Source of the DNA: Burkholderiales bacterium
GTDB taxonomy: Bacteria; Pseudomonadota; Gammaproteobacteria; Burkholderiales; SG8-39
Direction of reading: 5' to 3'
DNA length: 60,222 bases
Assembly (NCBI GenBank): GCA_035637655.1
Contig: DASPWT010000210.1
Span: forward strand, 1 to 60,222
A program made the position numbers and the translations under genes. Under the pieces are notes generated by a model. That model saw nothing but the letters and a program-made list of their open reading frames with translations, was not told the DNA's origin and searched no databases. How positions within the stretch are numbered: position 1 is the first letter of the stretch; every line of letters begins with the position of its first letter. Below, one piece after another: positions 26,819-35,207 of the stretch.

Positions 26819-28966
26819 TCATTTGGGGACCCGCCTGTCCCCGCCCGAGACGACCCTGAGCCGACCCCGCGCTTCGCGCCGCCGGCTCTCCTCGAGCGCC
26901 GCTCCCTGCTCCTCCAGGTAGGCCGTCAGCTCTTCCGCCGGCAGCGGCTTGCTGAAGTAGTAGCCTTGCATTTCGTCGCAGCCTCTGCGCTCGAGGAATC
27001 GCACCTGGTCGTGGGTCTCGACGCCCTCGGCGACGACTTTGAGCCCCAGGCTGGCCGCCATGGCGAGGATCGTCTCGGTGATCGCGACGTCGCTCGCGTC
27101 CACCGGAATGCCGCGGATGAACGACGCGTCGATCTTCACGCAGTCGATCGGCAGGCGTTTCAGGTAGGCGAGCGAGGAGTAGCCGGTCCCGAAGTCGTCG
27201 ATCGTGAGCCGCACGCCCATCGCCTTGAGATTGCGCAGCAGCTTCACCGCCTGCTGCGGATCCGGCAGCATCACGCTCTCGGTCACCTCGAACTCGATCC
27301 AGCGCGGATCCATCCCCGTTTCCCTGATCGTGCGCGCGACGTCCTCCAGCAAGGTGGCGCTCATGAATTGCCGCGCCGACAGGTTCACCGCCATCCGGAA
27401 CATCGGCAACCCCTGCCCCGTCCACTTTTGCGCCTGCAGGCAGGCGGCGCGCAGCGCCCATTGTCCGATCGGGACGATCAAGCCGGTCTCCTCCGCGAGC
27501 GGGACGAGCTGATCGGGCAGGACGAGACCGACGGTCGGATGCTGCCAGCGCAACAGACACTCGATTCCCGTCACGCGCCCGGACCGCGCTTCGACCTTGG
27601 GCTGGTAATACAGGCTCAGCTCGTTCCGTTCCAGCGCGCGGCGCAGCGCGGCTTCGAGCTCGAGCCGCTCGACGGAGCCGGGGTTCATCCCGCTGGCATA
27701 GTGCTGGGCGGTGTTCTTGCCCTGCTCCTTCGCGCGGTACATCGCGATATCCGCGTTCTTCAGCAGGGCCCGCAGATCCTTGCCATCGACCGGAGAGACG
27801 CTGATGCCGATGCTCGCCGTGATCTGGAATTCCTTGCCGTACACCGTCATCGGCTTCGCCACCTCGACGAGGATCTTTTGCGCCACCTGGGCGAGGTCGC
27901 CCCGGTCCTGGAACGCCTCGATCAGGACCACGAATTCGTCGCCTCCCTGCCGCGCGATCGTGTCCGACCTGCGCACGCAACGCGCCAGCCTGGCCGCCAC
28001 GTTCTGCAGGAGCCGGTCGCCCGCCTCGTGGCCCAGGGCGTCGTTGATGTTCTTGAAGCGGTCGAGATCGATGAACAGCAGGCCGACGGGGCGTCCCCCC
28101 CTCTTCGCCGAGGTGAGAGCGCGATTGGCCCGTTCGGCGAGCAGCAGCCGGTTGGGCAGGCCCGTCAGAGGGTCGTGCGTCGCCGCGAACCTGACCACCT
28201 CTTCCGCCTGCCGCCTCTCCTTGATTTCCCGCCGCGCGAGCAGGATCAGAAGGCCGAGCAGGCCGAGGTTGAACAACGTCGCGACGGCGGCGGTGATGAC
28301 GCTCAAGTCCGAGCTGCGCCTGGATTGCTCGGTGCGGCGCGCGAGCCGCGCATCCGCCGCGCCCAGAAGCTCGGCCGTGAGGAGCTGGACGCGGTGAATC
28401 GTCGCCGGGCCCGCCGTAGCGCGGATGTTTCGGATGGTTGCTGCGACGCCGCTCCGGCGGTGGATTTCGATCAGGGTGTCGAACCGTGCGAGCTCCTCGC
28501 CGATCTGCGCGCCGAGCAACTCGATCTGCTGCGCCTGATCCGGAATCGCTCCGGACAAGGCCCGCAGCGTTTCGACGGGCTTCGCGGCGCGCTCGAGAAA
28601 CGCTCGAGCCCGTTCGAGGCGTTCCCGCTCGCCGCCGATGATGTAGCCGCGCAGCTCGATCTGCGAATCGGCGACGTCGCCCTGGACGTCCTTGAGGGCT
28701 TCGACGACCTTGAGCGTGTTTTCGGCGATCCGCGAGGCCTCGATCAGATTGGCGATCGTTCGATACGTCACGAAGGCGTTCGCGACGAGGATGCCGAACG
28801 CGACGAGCGAGCCGATGACGAACCGTCGCGAGAGAAAAGGCGGGCTCTCCCGCGTTTCCGTGTCGCCGCGTTCGGGCTCGGGTCCCCTGCGGCTCTCCTC
28901 GGGGATCCCGCCGGTGCGGGAAAGGGATTTGGGCTCGGAATACATGGGCCCGTCGAGTATACTCAA
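26819..28966 (-). CDS. CHASE3-GGDEF-EAL signalling protein (diguanylate cyclase/phosphodiesterase)
   Basis: TM1, then a CHASE3-like periplasmic region (LRGYIIGGE), then TM2. GGDEF domain with I-site (RRSDTIARQGGDEF). EAL domain (ECLLRW, NLS, EVTE, DDFGTGYSSL, KID, EGVE, QGY). The start is TTG 28966 or ATG 28945. Confidence 0.85.
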   Translation of the reverse strand: MSILDGPMYSEPKSLSRTGGIPEESRRGPEPERGDTETRESPPFLSRRFVIGSLVAFGILVANAFVTYRTIANLIEASRIAENTLKVVEALKDVQGDVADSQIELRGYIIGGERERLERARAFLERAAKPVETLRALSGAIPDQAQQIELLGAQIGEELARFDTLIEIHRRSGVAATIRNIRATAGPATIHRVQLLTAELLGAADARLARRTEQSRRSSDLSVITAAVATLFNLGLLGLLILLARREIKERRQAEEVVRFAATHDPLTGLPNRLLLAERANRALTSAKRGGRPVGLLFIDLDRFKNINDALGHEAGDRLLQNVAARLARCVRRSDTIARQGGDEFVVLIEAFQDRGDLAQVAQKILVEVAKPMTVYGKEFQITASIGISVSPVDGKDLRALLKNADIAMYRAKEQGKNTAQHYASGMNPGSVERLELEAALRRALERNELSLYYQPKVEARSGRVTGIECLLRWQHPTVGLVLPDQLVPLAEETGLIVPIGQWALRAACLQAQKWTGQGLPMFRMAVNLSARQFMSATLLEDVARTIRETGMDPRWIEFEVTESVMLPDPQQAVKLLRNLKAMGVRLTIDDFGTGYSSLAYLKRLPIDCVKIDASFIRGIPVDASDVAITETILAMAASLGLKVVAEGVETHDQVRFLERRGCDEMQGYYFSKPLPAEELTAYLEEQGAALEESRRREARGRLRVVSGGDRRVPK

Positions 28967-29025
28967 GGCCCGCCGATCGCAGGGCGCTGACCCTCCCTTT
29001 AGCTAATGCCGATCGGGAAAAAGTC

Positions 29026-29240
29026 ATGAAACGCCTCGCATTTCGCGAGCCGCTTGCGCTCGCCCTGCTGCTCGGGCTCGCCGCGCCCGCCCTCGCCCAG
29101 TCGGGCGGCCCGCGCACCCTGCCCGAGCTCAAGGCCGACGTCCAGGAGCGCTCCGACCGCCACGCCTATCCGGTGTCGGAACTCGATGCGGCCGAGGTGC
29201 GCGAAGCGCTCGGCAATCTCAAGACTCTCGACCTTTCCGA
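29026..29240 (+). pseudogene. 5' fragment of a secreted-protein gene truncated by the low-G+C insertion
   Basis: Good signal peptide MKRLAFREPLALALLLGLAAPALAQ and ~70 host-like codons. The frame then runs into AT-richer DNA antisense to the RES gene and ends in junk. The junction position (~29235) is approximate. Confidence 0.5.
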
Positions 29241-29280
29241 AGACACCCCGCGGCGAAAGAAGTACGGGACCCCCAAGCCC

Positions 29281-29907
29281 CTATGCCGCGCTGACCGTTA
29301 CTTCGCCATTCTCGGGGTCATAGCTAAATACTCGGTAGCCTTGGAGTTCGACTTGGGACAGCGAATTCTTTGAGAAAACCGGTAAGGTTGTACCGTCCGG
29401 ACGACGAGCCGATCTAGACATCAGAGCCGCAAGCCCCGATTCGACGGCCTCCTCCCCTAATTGATTGCAAGCGTCGTACCCGTTTTCAGCAACGAGGAAC
29501 GGCCACTCCTCGACTTTCGGCCTCAAGTCTTTTACGTCCCCGGCAAATCTAACGCGAGCCAAGCGATAGTACGCTCGGGTAGGCACGTTGCCTTGAAGCA
29601 GTGGTTTGAGATACCAGTACCTGATTTCGCGCTCGACCGTTTCAGCCTCTAGCGCACTATAGAAGACCCTCAACGTTCCATCGGAGAATCGGGTCTGGTC
29701 CGTTTTGTAGAGAGACTTATTGGCAAAAGGCCCTTCGATGACATCAGAAGGATCGTCAGTGAAACCTCGGTCCCTCAATAATTCGATCATCTCCTCAATT
29801 TGTCTGGGATCGAGGCCTAGGTCCCTTAGCTTCTCCATGTGACTTACCTGGTTGACCAGTCGAAGGGTGGGGCCTTCAAACGTCGTTGTCTCGACCTGTT
29901 CCAACAT
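29281..29907 (-). CDS. RES-domain toxin (type II TA, NAD+-targeting family)
   Basis: R...E...S arrangement: TRFSDGTLRVFYSALEAETVEREI and LMSRSARRPDGTTLPVF. Located 3 nt downstream of a DUF2384-type antitoxin gene. Confidence 0.75.
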   Translation of the reverse strand: MLEQVETTTFEGPTLRLVNQVSHMEKLRDLGLDPRQIEEMIELLRDRGFTDDPSDVIEGPFANKSLYKTDQTRFSDGTLRVFYSALEAETVEREIRYWYLKPLLQGNVPTRAYYRLARVRFAGDVKDLRPKVEEWPFLVAENGYDACNQLGEEAVESGLAALMSRSARRPDGTTLPVFSKNSLSQVELQGYRVFSYDPENGEVTVSAA

Positions 29908-29910
29908 CCC

Positions 29911-30558
29911 TCAGAGCCCCGAGATGTGCTCAACATATTGCCGCAGCGCTAGTAGGTTCTCCATAGAACCCTCGAGGAGCATGTCGAGTGGTGCGCGATT
30001 TCCAAGCTCAAGCCTGGGAGTACGCATCCACGCTTGCTCGCCCTCTCTAAACAGCCCACTCGCAAGGGCTTTGATCCGGAACAACGCGGCAATTCGCGCC
30101 TTGACATCGGCTCCGCGCAGGGAAGTGCGACCGGCCAAAATCGCTGCGACGGTAGGCTGGTCTCCGGGTTCATAACCTAGCAACCGAGTTGCCTGTGCTA
30201 GGTCAAGATTCCAAGACTGAAAAAGCTTCGATACAAATTGAACGGGACCAACAATACGATCCGCGCGAAATGGGTTTTCAGAGCCGCTCTGAGTCGTAAA
30301 GATTTTGAAACCGGCCTCTTTCGCCTCGCGCAAGAACTCATCTGCTTTCGCCCAGCGGAATGGCGACAATGACTCTTCCATCGCACGCCGCAAATCTTCA
30401 GATTGGACTAGGGCGCCTGTATGCGTTGGCCGTCTGAGTGTTGCAGGCGACTGCGAAGACTCGCCAAGGGATCGGCCGATTCCCTCTAATGGAGCAAATC
30501 TTATTCGCTCCGCAAGTGGCGTTTCCGCATCTTGCCCGTTCGGTCGTGGTCGAAGCAT
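29911..30558 (-). CDS. Xre/MbcA/ParS-like antitoxin with C-terminal DUF2384 toxin-binding domain
   Basis: The C-terminus AWMRTPRLELGNRAPLDMLLEGSMENLLALRQYVEHISG fits the DUF2384 signature. It carries a ~100-aa N-terminal extension. Confidence 0.7.
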   Translation of the reverse strand: MLRPRPNGQDAETPLAERIRFAPLEGIGRSLGESSQSPATLRRPTHTGALVQSEDLRRAMEESLSPFRWAKADEFLREAKEAGFKIFTTQSGSENPFRADRIVGPVQFVSKLFQSWNLDLAQATRLLGYEPGDQPTVAAILAGRTSLRGADVKARIAALFRIKALASGLFREGEQAWMRTPRLELGNRAPLDMLLEGSMENLLALRQYVEHISGL

Positions 30559-30567
30559 AGTTCGCCC

Positions 30568-31344
30568 TTAGCTCTTACTCGATGGTTGTGGTTGTTTCTG
30601 TGGTTCTAGACCCGCGCGCTTGAGAACCTCTTTCGTAAGATTGACGGCATGCTCTATTTTTTCCTTGAGTGCGGAGAATGCACCACCTTCACGAAATTGG
30701 GTGCTAGTCGAGAAGAATAGTTCCTTGGAAGAGCGTATCGCACGAGTGAGATCGAAGTTGAAAGTCCACTTCTCCTCATTCTCCACGAACTCTATGTGGA
30801 ATCCTGGAATTGCCTCAGCGTGGCGTTTGCCAGCTGGCGCAGCGAAGAGGTCGGATCGGTTGAATAGGCCTCGCAGCAATTCGGTTACGTTCGTCGAACT
30901 ATCCAGCAGCTCGATAAACATTCGCCCCCCTAGGATCTCTTCCTGTACGGCGAATTTGCTGCCGCCAACGGTTGCTAGGGCTTCGATGGTCAATTGAATG
31001 CAGTCCTCAATCGTGTCCAGGTCGCCAGGGGCATTGGGGTTTGTAAACTTTGCCGTAAAGACGTCTGCACGAATATCCAAACTTCCGTTGCCCGCAAATA
31101 GGTTGATGCGCGAATGAACGTCACCAACGCTACGACCAGAGTCGACGACGAGATCACTCGGCGCAAGGGCGTACTTGGGTGAAAGGCGACCGTGCACGGC
31201 CTCCAAAATAACCACGGGAGTTCCAGCCAGCACAAACAGCGGTGCTCGAAATTTTGCTTCGTACGTCACGTCAAAGAAGTTTGTCTTATATAGCATCGTG
31301 GCGGTCTGCCTAGCAACTTTCGGCGGCTGAGGACGACTAGTCAT
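30568..31344 (-). CDS. hypothetical protein, 258 aa
   Basis: ATG at 31344 overlaps the upstream stop (ATGA), and its stop lies 9 nt before the antitoxin start. No motif recognised; it vaguely resembles TIGR04255-size proteins, but this is not supported. Confidence 0.55.
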   Translation of the reverse strand: MTSRPQPPKVARQTATMLYKTNFFDVTYEAKFRAPLFVLAGTPVVILEAVHGRLSPKYALAPSDLVVDSGRSVGDVHSRINLFAGNGSLDIRADVFTAKFTNPNAPGDLDTIEDCIQLTIEALATVGGSKFAVQEEILGGRMFIELLDSSTNVTELLRGLFNRSDLFAAPAGKRHAEAIPGFHIEFVENEEKWTFNFDLTRAIRSSKELFFSTSTQFREGGAFSALKEKIEHAVNLTKEVLKRAGLEPQKQPQPSSKS

Positions 31345-31724
31345 ATCGATGAACCCAAGCCCCCGAACCAACTTGACGGTGACGACGAGCGGTGGGCGGG
31401 ATCGGATGACGCGAATGGGGGTGACTGAAAGAGTTGGCCACTGATAGTTTCCGCAATCAAATAGACATTGTAGTTGTAGATTTGCGGATCATCATTCGAA
31501 TCGATACGCTCGGTCAGCAAAGCGCCCCGGATTGCCGATGAGGGAGAGGTCAAACCGAAATCGCGCAGAGCGTCACCCGAAACAAGCAATATGCGGCTGA
31601 ACTGAGTGCTTGAGTCAGTCCACCGCGGCCAATTGCCACGCGAGAGTTGGTGCATCCCGTTCTCCAACGCGTTCCTTAGAACTGGCAGATCGAGGGGCAC
31701 CCATTCTGCTGTGCTGGAACGCAT
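31341..31724 (-). CDS. hypothetical protein, 127 aa
   Basis: The ATG lies 1 nt after the stop of the upstream ORF (TGAaATG). The N-terminal two-thirds look globular; the C-terminal tail is Ser/Pro-rich. Confidence 0.4.
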   Translation of the reverse strand: MRSSTAEWVPLDLPVLRNALENGMHQLSRGNWPRWTDSSTQFSRILLVSGDALRDFGLTSPSSAIRGALLTERIDSNDDPQIYNYNVYLIAETISGQLFQSPPFASSDPAHRSSSPSSWFGGLGSSI

Positions 31725-31725
31725 T

Positions 31726-32037
31726 TCAGGATGAAATCTTTTCGATTAAGAAGGATAAGCCCGAGGTTCTTGAGTTCACGTTCTTGATGCATTGAACCAA
31801 TGAACTTTCCATCTTACTTGTATTTTGGTCCGATTCGAGGGTCACATATATGGAGTGTGGTTCCCCAGGCAGAAGGTCCGTACGCGCTTCAACGAAAGAC
31901 TTTGCGAAATGGAGCCGCAGCGCCGTGGGCAGTTCCTCCAGCTCGTGCTCTAACCGAGCGGACGAAAGCTTGGATACCGCCCGCTCTACTTTCGGAACAC
32001 CATCTTCAGAGTGATATATCCGGTACTTTAGTTGCAT
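31726..32037 (-). CDS. hypothetical protein, 103 aa
   Basis: First gene of the cassette (MQLKYRIYHSEDGVPKVERAV...). No motif recognised. Confidence 0.4.
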   Translation of the reverse strand: MQLKYRIYHSEDGVPKVERAVSKLSSARLEHELEELPTALRLHFAKSFVEARTDLLPGEPHSIYVTLESDQNTSKMESSLVQCIKNVNSRTSGLSFLIEKISS

Positions 32038-32238
32038 ATCGTGGATCGAAATTTCTGCAAGATTACCCCAAACGGGCCCGGCATGGCGATTGGGCCCGCT
32101 ACTCGACAGAGCGCGAACAGCTTTCTGGCCCGATCCTGAGCAGACCTAGACAACCCGCAAGCTCTCCCAGGCTAAAAGGCTCTCGCGCGCAGCGAGCTGA
32201 CAGAGCTAGCGCCGATTGATGGGAAAATCGACGCAGGT

Positions 32239-33294
32239 CTACCGCAACGCCGCGTTTATCTTCTCCAGCATCCCCGCCCCCGGACACAGCTCTTTCTCGC
32301 CGAGCTTGTTGAACGGGGTCTCCACGGTGTTGAGGTGGGCGTGGAGGTCTTCGGAGTTGGTGTCGAGGTACAGCAGGCCGGTGACGACTTCGCCTTTCGC
32401 CGCATGGTGGGCGACGTATTCGAGCGCCTGCACGCGGTCGGTCGGGTCGTACTCGGGATGGGTCTTGCGCAGGCGGATGATGGAGCCGTCGTGCTGGGGC
32501 ACTTCGATGGCGTCGCCGTCGTTGTATTCGACGTTGATGGCTTCGCGCGAAGGCCAGAAGTCGAGGCGGTTGACGGCTTCGTTGTGGTCGCGCACGTAGT
32601 CGTAGCTCTTGGTCGAGCCGGCGTGGTTGTTGAACGCGACGCAGGGAGAGATCACGTCGATGAAGGCCGCACCTTCGTGCGCGATCGCCGCTTTCACCAG
32701 GGGAATGAGCTGGGCCTTGTCGCCCGAGAAACTGCGCGCGACGAAGGTCGCGCCCATGATGAGGGCGAGGGAGACCGTGTCCACCGGGGCGTCGGCATTC
32801 ACCACGCCGCGCTTGGACTTCGAGCCGGCGTCGGCGGTGGCGGAGAACTGGCCTTTGGTGAGACCGTACACGCCATTGTTCTCGAGGATGTAGGTCATGT
32901 TCACGCCGCGGCGCATCACGTGCGCGAACTGCCCCAGGCCGATCGAGGCCGAGTCGCCGTCGCCCGAGACGCCGAGGTAGATCAGTTCGCGGTTGGCGAG
33001 GTTGGCGCCGGTGAGGACGCTGGGCATTCTTCCGTGGACGGTATTGAAGCCGTGCGAGTTGCCGAGGAAATAGTCCGGAGTCTTCGACGAGCAGCCGATG
33101 CCCGAGAGCTTGGCCACCCGGTGCGGCAGGATGTCGAGCTCGAAGAAAGCCTGGATCAGCGCCGCCGAGATCGAGTCGTGGCCACAGCCGGCGCACAGCG
33201 TCGAGACCTTGCCTTCGTAGTCGCGCCGGGTAAACCCGGCCTTGTTCTTCGGCAGGCTCGGGTGATGGAGCGTGGGCTTTGCGAGGTAGGTCAT
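32239..33294 (-). CDS. korB: 2-oxoglutarate:ferredoxin oxidoreductase subunit beta
   Basis: CAGCGHDSI, GIGCSS, GDGDSASIG and ILENNGVYGLTKGQ ThDP/Fe-S blocks. Confidence 0.9.
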   Translation of the reverse strand: MTYLAKPTLHHPSLPKNKAGFTRRDYEGKVSTLCAGCGHDSISAALIQAFFELDILPHRVAKLSGIGCSSKTPDYFLGNSHGFNTVHGRMPSVLTGANLANRELIYLGVSGDGDSASIGLGQFAHVMRRGVNMTYILENNGVYGLTKGQFSATADAGSKSKRGVVNADAPVDTVSLALIMGATFVARSFSGDKAQLIPLVKAAIAHEGAAFIDVISPCVAFNNHAGSTKSYDYVRDHNEAVNRLDFWPSREAINVEYNDGDAIEVPQHDGSIIRLRKTHPEYDPTDRVQALEYVAHHAAKGEVVTGLLYLDTNSEDLHAHLNTVETPFNKLGEKELCPGAGMLEKINAALR

Positions 33295-33340
33295 GCTTGA
33301 AAAGCAGATTCTTCGCTACGCTCAGAATGACAATGTGGGT

Positions 33341-35200
33341 TCATGCCGCTTTGTCCTTCTTCACCAGAGGCCGCACGTTCAGCGCGGTGACGATCTCGGC
33401 GATCTCGGCGGTGATGTAGCGCGCGGTGATCGGCGTGCCGTCGTAGTGCAGGACCGAAATGAGGCTCGCCGGGTTGATCCCCGCGTCGTTGACGAGCAGC
33501 GTCTTCAGCTGCGCGTCGCGGTTCTGCTCGATCACGAAAACCTTGGAGTGCGAGGCGACGAAGTCGAAGATCTCGTCCTGGAACGGGAACGAGCGCAGGC
33601 GCAGGGCGTTCACGTAGATCCCCTGACGCGAGAGCGCGTCGAGCGCCTCGGCCATCGCGGGACTCGTCGAGCCGTAGTAGATCGCGCCGAAGCGCGCCGG
33701 CTCCTTGGACGCGTTCAGGATGGGCTTGGGCACCAGCGTCTTCGCCGTCTCGAACTTCTTCAGGAGGCGCTGCATGTTGGCCTTGTAGTCCGGGCCCTGC
33801 TCCGAGTAGATCGCGTAGGCGTTCTTCGAGGTGCCGCGGGTGAAGTAGCCGCCCTTCGACGGGTGCGTGCCCGGATAGGTGCGGAACGGAATCCCGTCGC
33901 CGTCCACATCCAGATACCGCCCGAATTCCTTGCCGGCCTCCAGCATCTCGGCAGTCATCACCTTGCCGCGGTCGTACTTGCGCGAGTCGTCCCAGACCAG
34001 GGGCTTCGCCAGGCGCTGGTTCATGCCGATGTCCAGATCGCTCATCAGAAAAACCGGAGTCTGCAGGCGCTCGGCGAGATCGAGCGCCTGCGCGGCGAAC
34101 TCGAAGCACTCGTGCGGGTCCTCGGGGAAGAGCAGCACGTGCTTGGTGTCCCCGTGCGATGCGTAGGCGCAGGCGAGGATGTCCGACTGCTGCGTGCGCG
34201 TCGGCATGCCGGTCGAAGGCCCGCCGCGCTGCACGTCGATGATCGTGACCGGGATCTCGGCGAAGTAGGCAAGGCCGATGAACTCCTGCATCAGCGAAAT
34301 GCCCGGCCCCGAGGTCGCGGTAAACGCGCGCGCGCCGTTCCAGCCCGCCCCGATGGCGATGCCCACTGAAGCGAGCTCGTCCTCGCCCTGCACGATGGCG
34401 AACTTGTTCCTGCCCGTTTCCTTGTCCACCCGCAGCTTCGAGCAGTACTTCTGAAAGGCTTCGGCGAGGGAGGAGGACGGCGTGATCGGGTACCAGGCGC
34501 ACACCGTCGCCCCGCCGTAGATGCAGCCGAGCGCCGCGGCGGCGTTGCCCTCGATGAAGATCTTCTCGCCGACTGCGTTGGCCTCGCCTTTCAGGCGGCG
34601 CACGCGGATGCCCAGGGGGCACTTCAGGTGCTCGAGCGCGTAGGTGCGCCCGAGCTGCAGCGCGTTCAGGTTGGGCTTCAAGAGCGCTTCCTTGCCCCGG
34701 TACTGCTCGCCGATCAGCTCGGCGATCACCAGCGGGTCGACGTCGAGCAGCGCCGAGAGCGCCCCGACGTAGATGATGTTCTTGAAGAGCTGGCGCTGGC
34801 GCGCATCGGTGTAGGCCTGGTTGCAGAGCTCGGTGAGCGGCAGGCCGACGACGTTGATGTCGTCGCGGAACTTCGACTTGGGCAGGGCCTTGGTGTTGTC
34901 GTAGAAAAGGTAGCCGCCGGGATCGATCTCCTTCACGTCGGCGTCCCAGGTCTGCGGGTTCATCGCGACCATGAGGTCGACGCCGCCGCGGCGGCCGAGC
35001 CAGCCCGATTCCGAGACGCGCACCTCGTACCAGGTGGGCAGGCCCTGGATGTTCGAGGGGAAGATGTTGCGCGGGCTGACCGGTACGCCCATCCTCAGGA
35101 TGGATTTCGCGAAGAGCTCGTTCGCCGAGGCCGAGCCCGAGCCGTTCACGTTGGCGAACTTGACGACGAAGGCGTTGACGGATTGGATGGCCTTCGTCAT
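33341..35200 (-). CDS. korA: 2-oxoglutarate:ferredoxin oxidoreductase subunit alpha
   Basis: N-terminal gamma-like domain (VKFANVNGSGSASANELFAKS...PSNIQGLPTWYEVR) fused to the alpha domain (AWYPITPSSSLAE). Confidence 0.9.
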   Translation of the reverse strand: MTKAIQSVNAFVVKFANVNGSGSASANELFAKSILRMGVPVSPRNIFPSNIQGLPTWYEVRVSESGWLGRRGGVDLMVAMNPQTWDADVKEIDPGGYLFYDNTKALPKSKFRDDINVVGLPLTELCNQAYTDARQRQLFKNIIYVGALSALLDVDPLVIAELIGEQYRGKEALLKPNLNALQLGRTYALEHLKCPLGIRVRRLKGEANAVGEKIFIEGNAAAALGCIYGGATVCAWYPITPSSSLAEAFQKYCSKLRVDKETGRNKFAIVQGEDELASVGIAIGAGWNGARAFTATSGPGISLMQEFIGLAYFAEIPVTIIDVQRGGPSTGMPTRTQQSDILACAYASHGDTKHVLLFPEDPHECFEFAAQALDLAERLQTPVFLMSDLDIGMNQRLAKPLVWDDSRKYDRGKVMTAEMLEAGKEFGRYLDVDGDGIPFRTYPGTHPSKGGYFTRGTSKNAYAIYSEQGPDYKANMQRLLKKFETAKTLVPKPILNASKEPARFGAIYYGSTSPAMAEALDALSRQGIYVNALRLRSFPFQDEIFDFVASHSKVFVIEQNRDAQLKTLLVNDAGINPASLISVLHYDGTPITARYITAEIAEIVTALNVRPLVKKDKAA

Positions 35201-35207
35201 GGCGACC

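Larger units (their letters stand above)
29236..32238. other. ~3-kb lower-G+C insertion (accessory cassette) between the truncated gene and the korB 3' end
   Basis: Abrupt shift by eye to A/T-ending codons. Five co-directional minus-strand genes unrelated to the flanks. No recombinase and no flanking repeat found. Both boundaries are approximate. Confidence 0.55.

Noticed and set aside
26808-29132. 774-aa minus-strand and 674-aa plus-strand ORFs over the GGDEF-EAL locus
   Set aside because: These are alternate-frame or antisense shadows. Only the frame 26819..28966 contains the CHASE3/GGDEF/EAL motifs.
31341-32037. The 103-aa and 127-aa ORFs as one frameshifted gene
   Set aside because: They are in different frames, with a clean TGA-A-ATG junction typical of translational coupling. 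Without homologues I cannot show a fusion, so I kept them as two low-confidence ORFs.
33291-34622. 443-aa minus-strand ORF and 358-aa plus-strand ORF over korA
   Set aside because: These are alternate-frame or antisense shadows of korA. Their only notable feature is the terminal HSERSEES/RYAQNDN string, which comes from the spacer motif reported separately.
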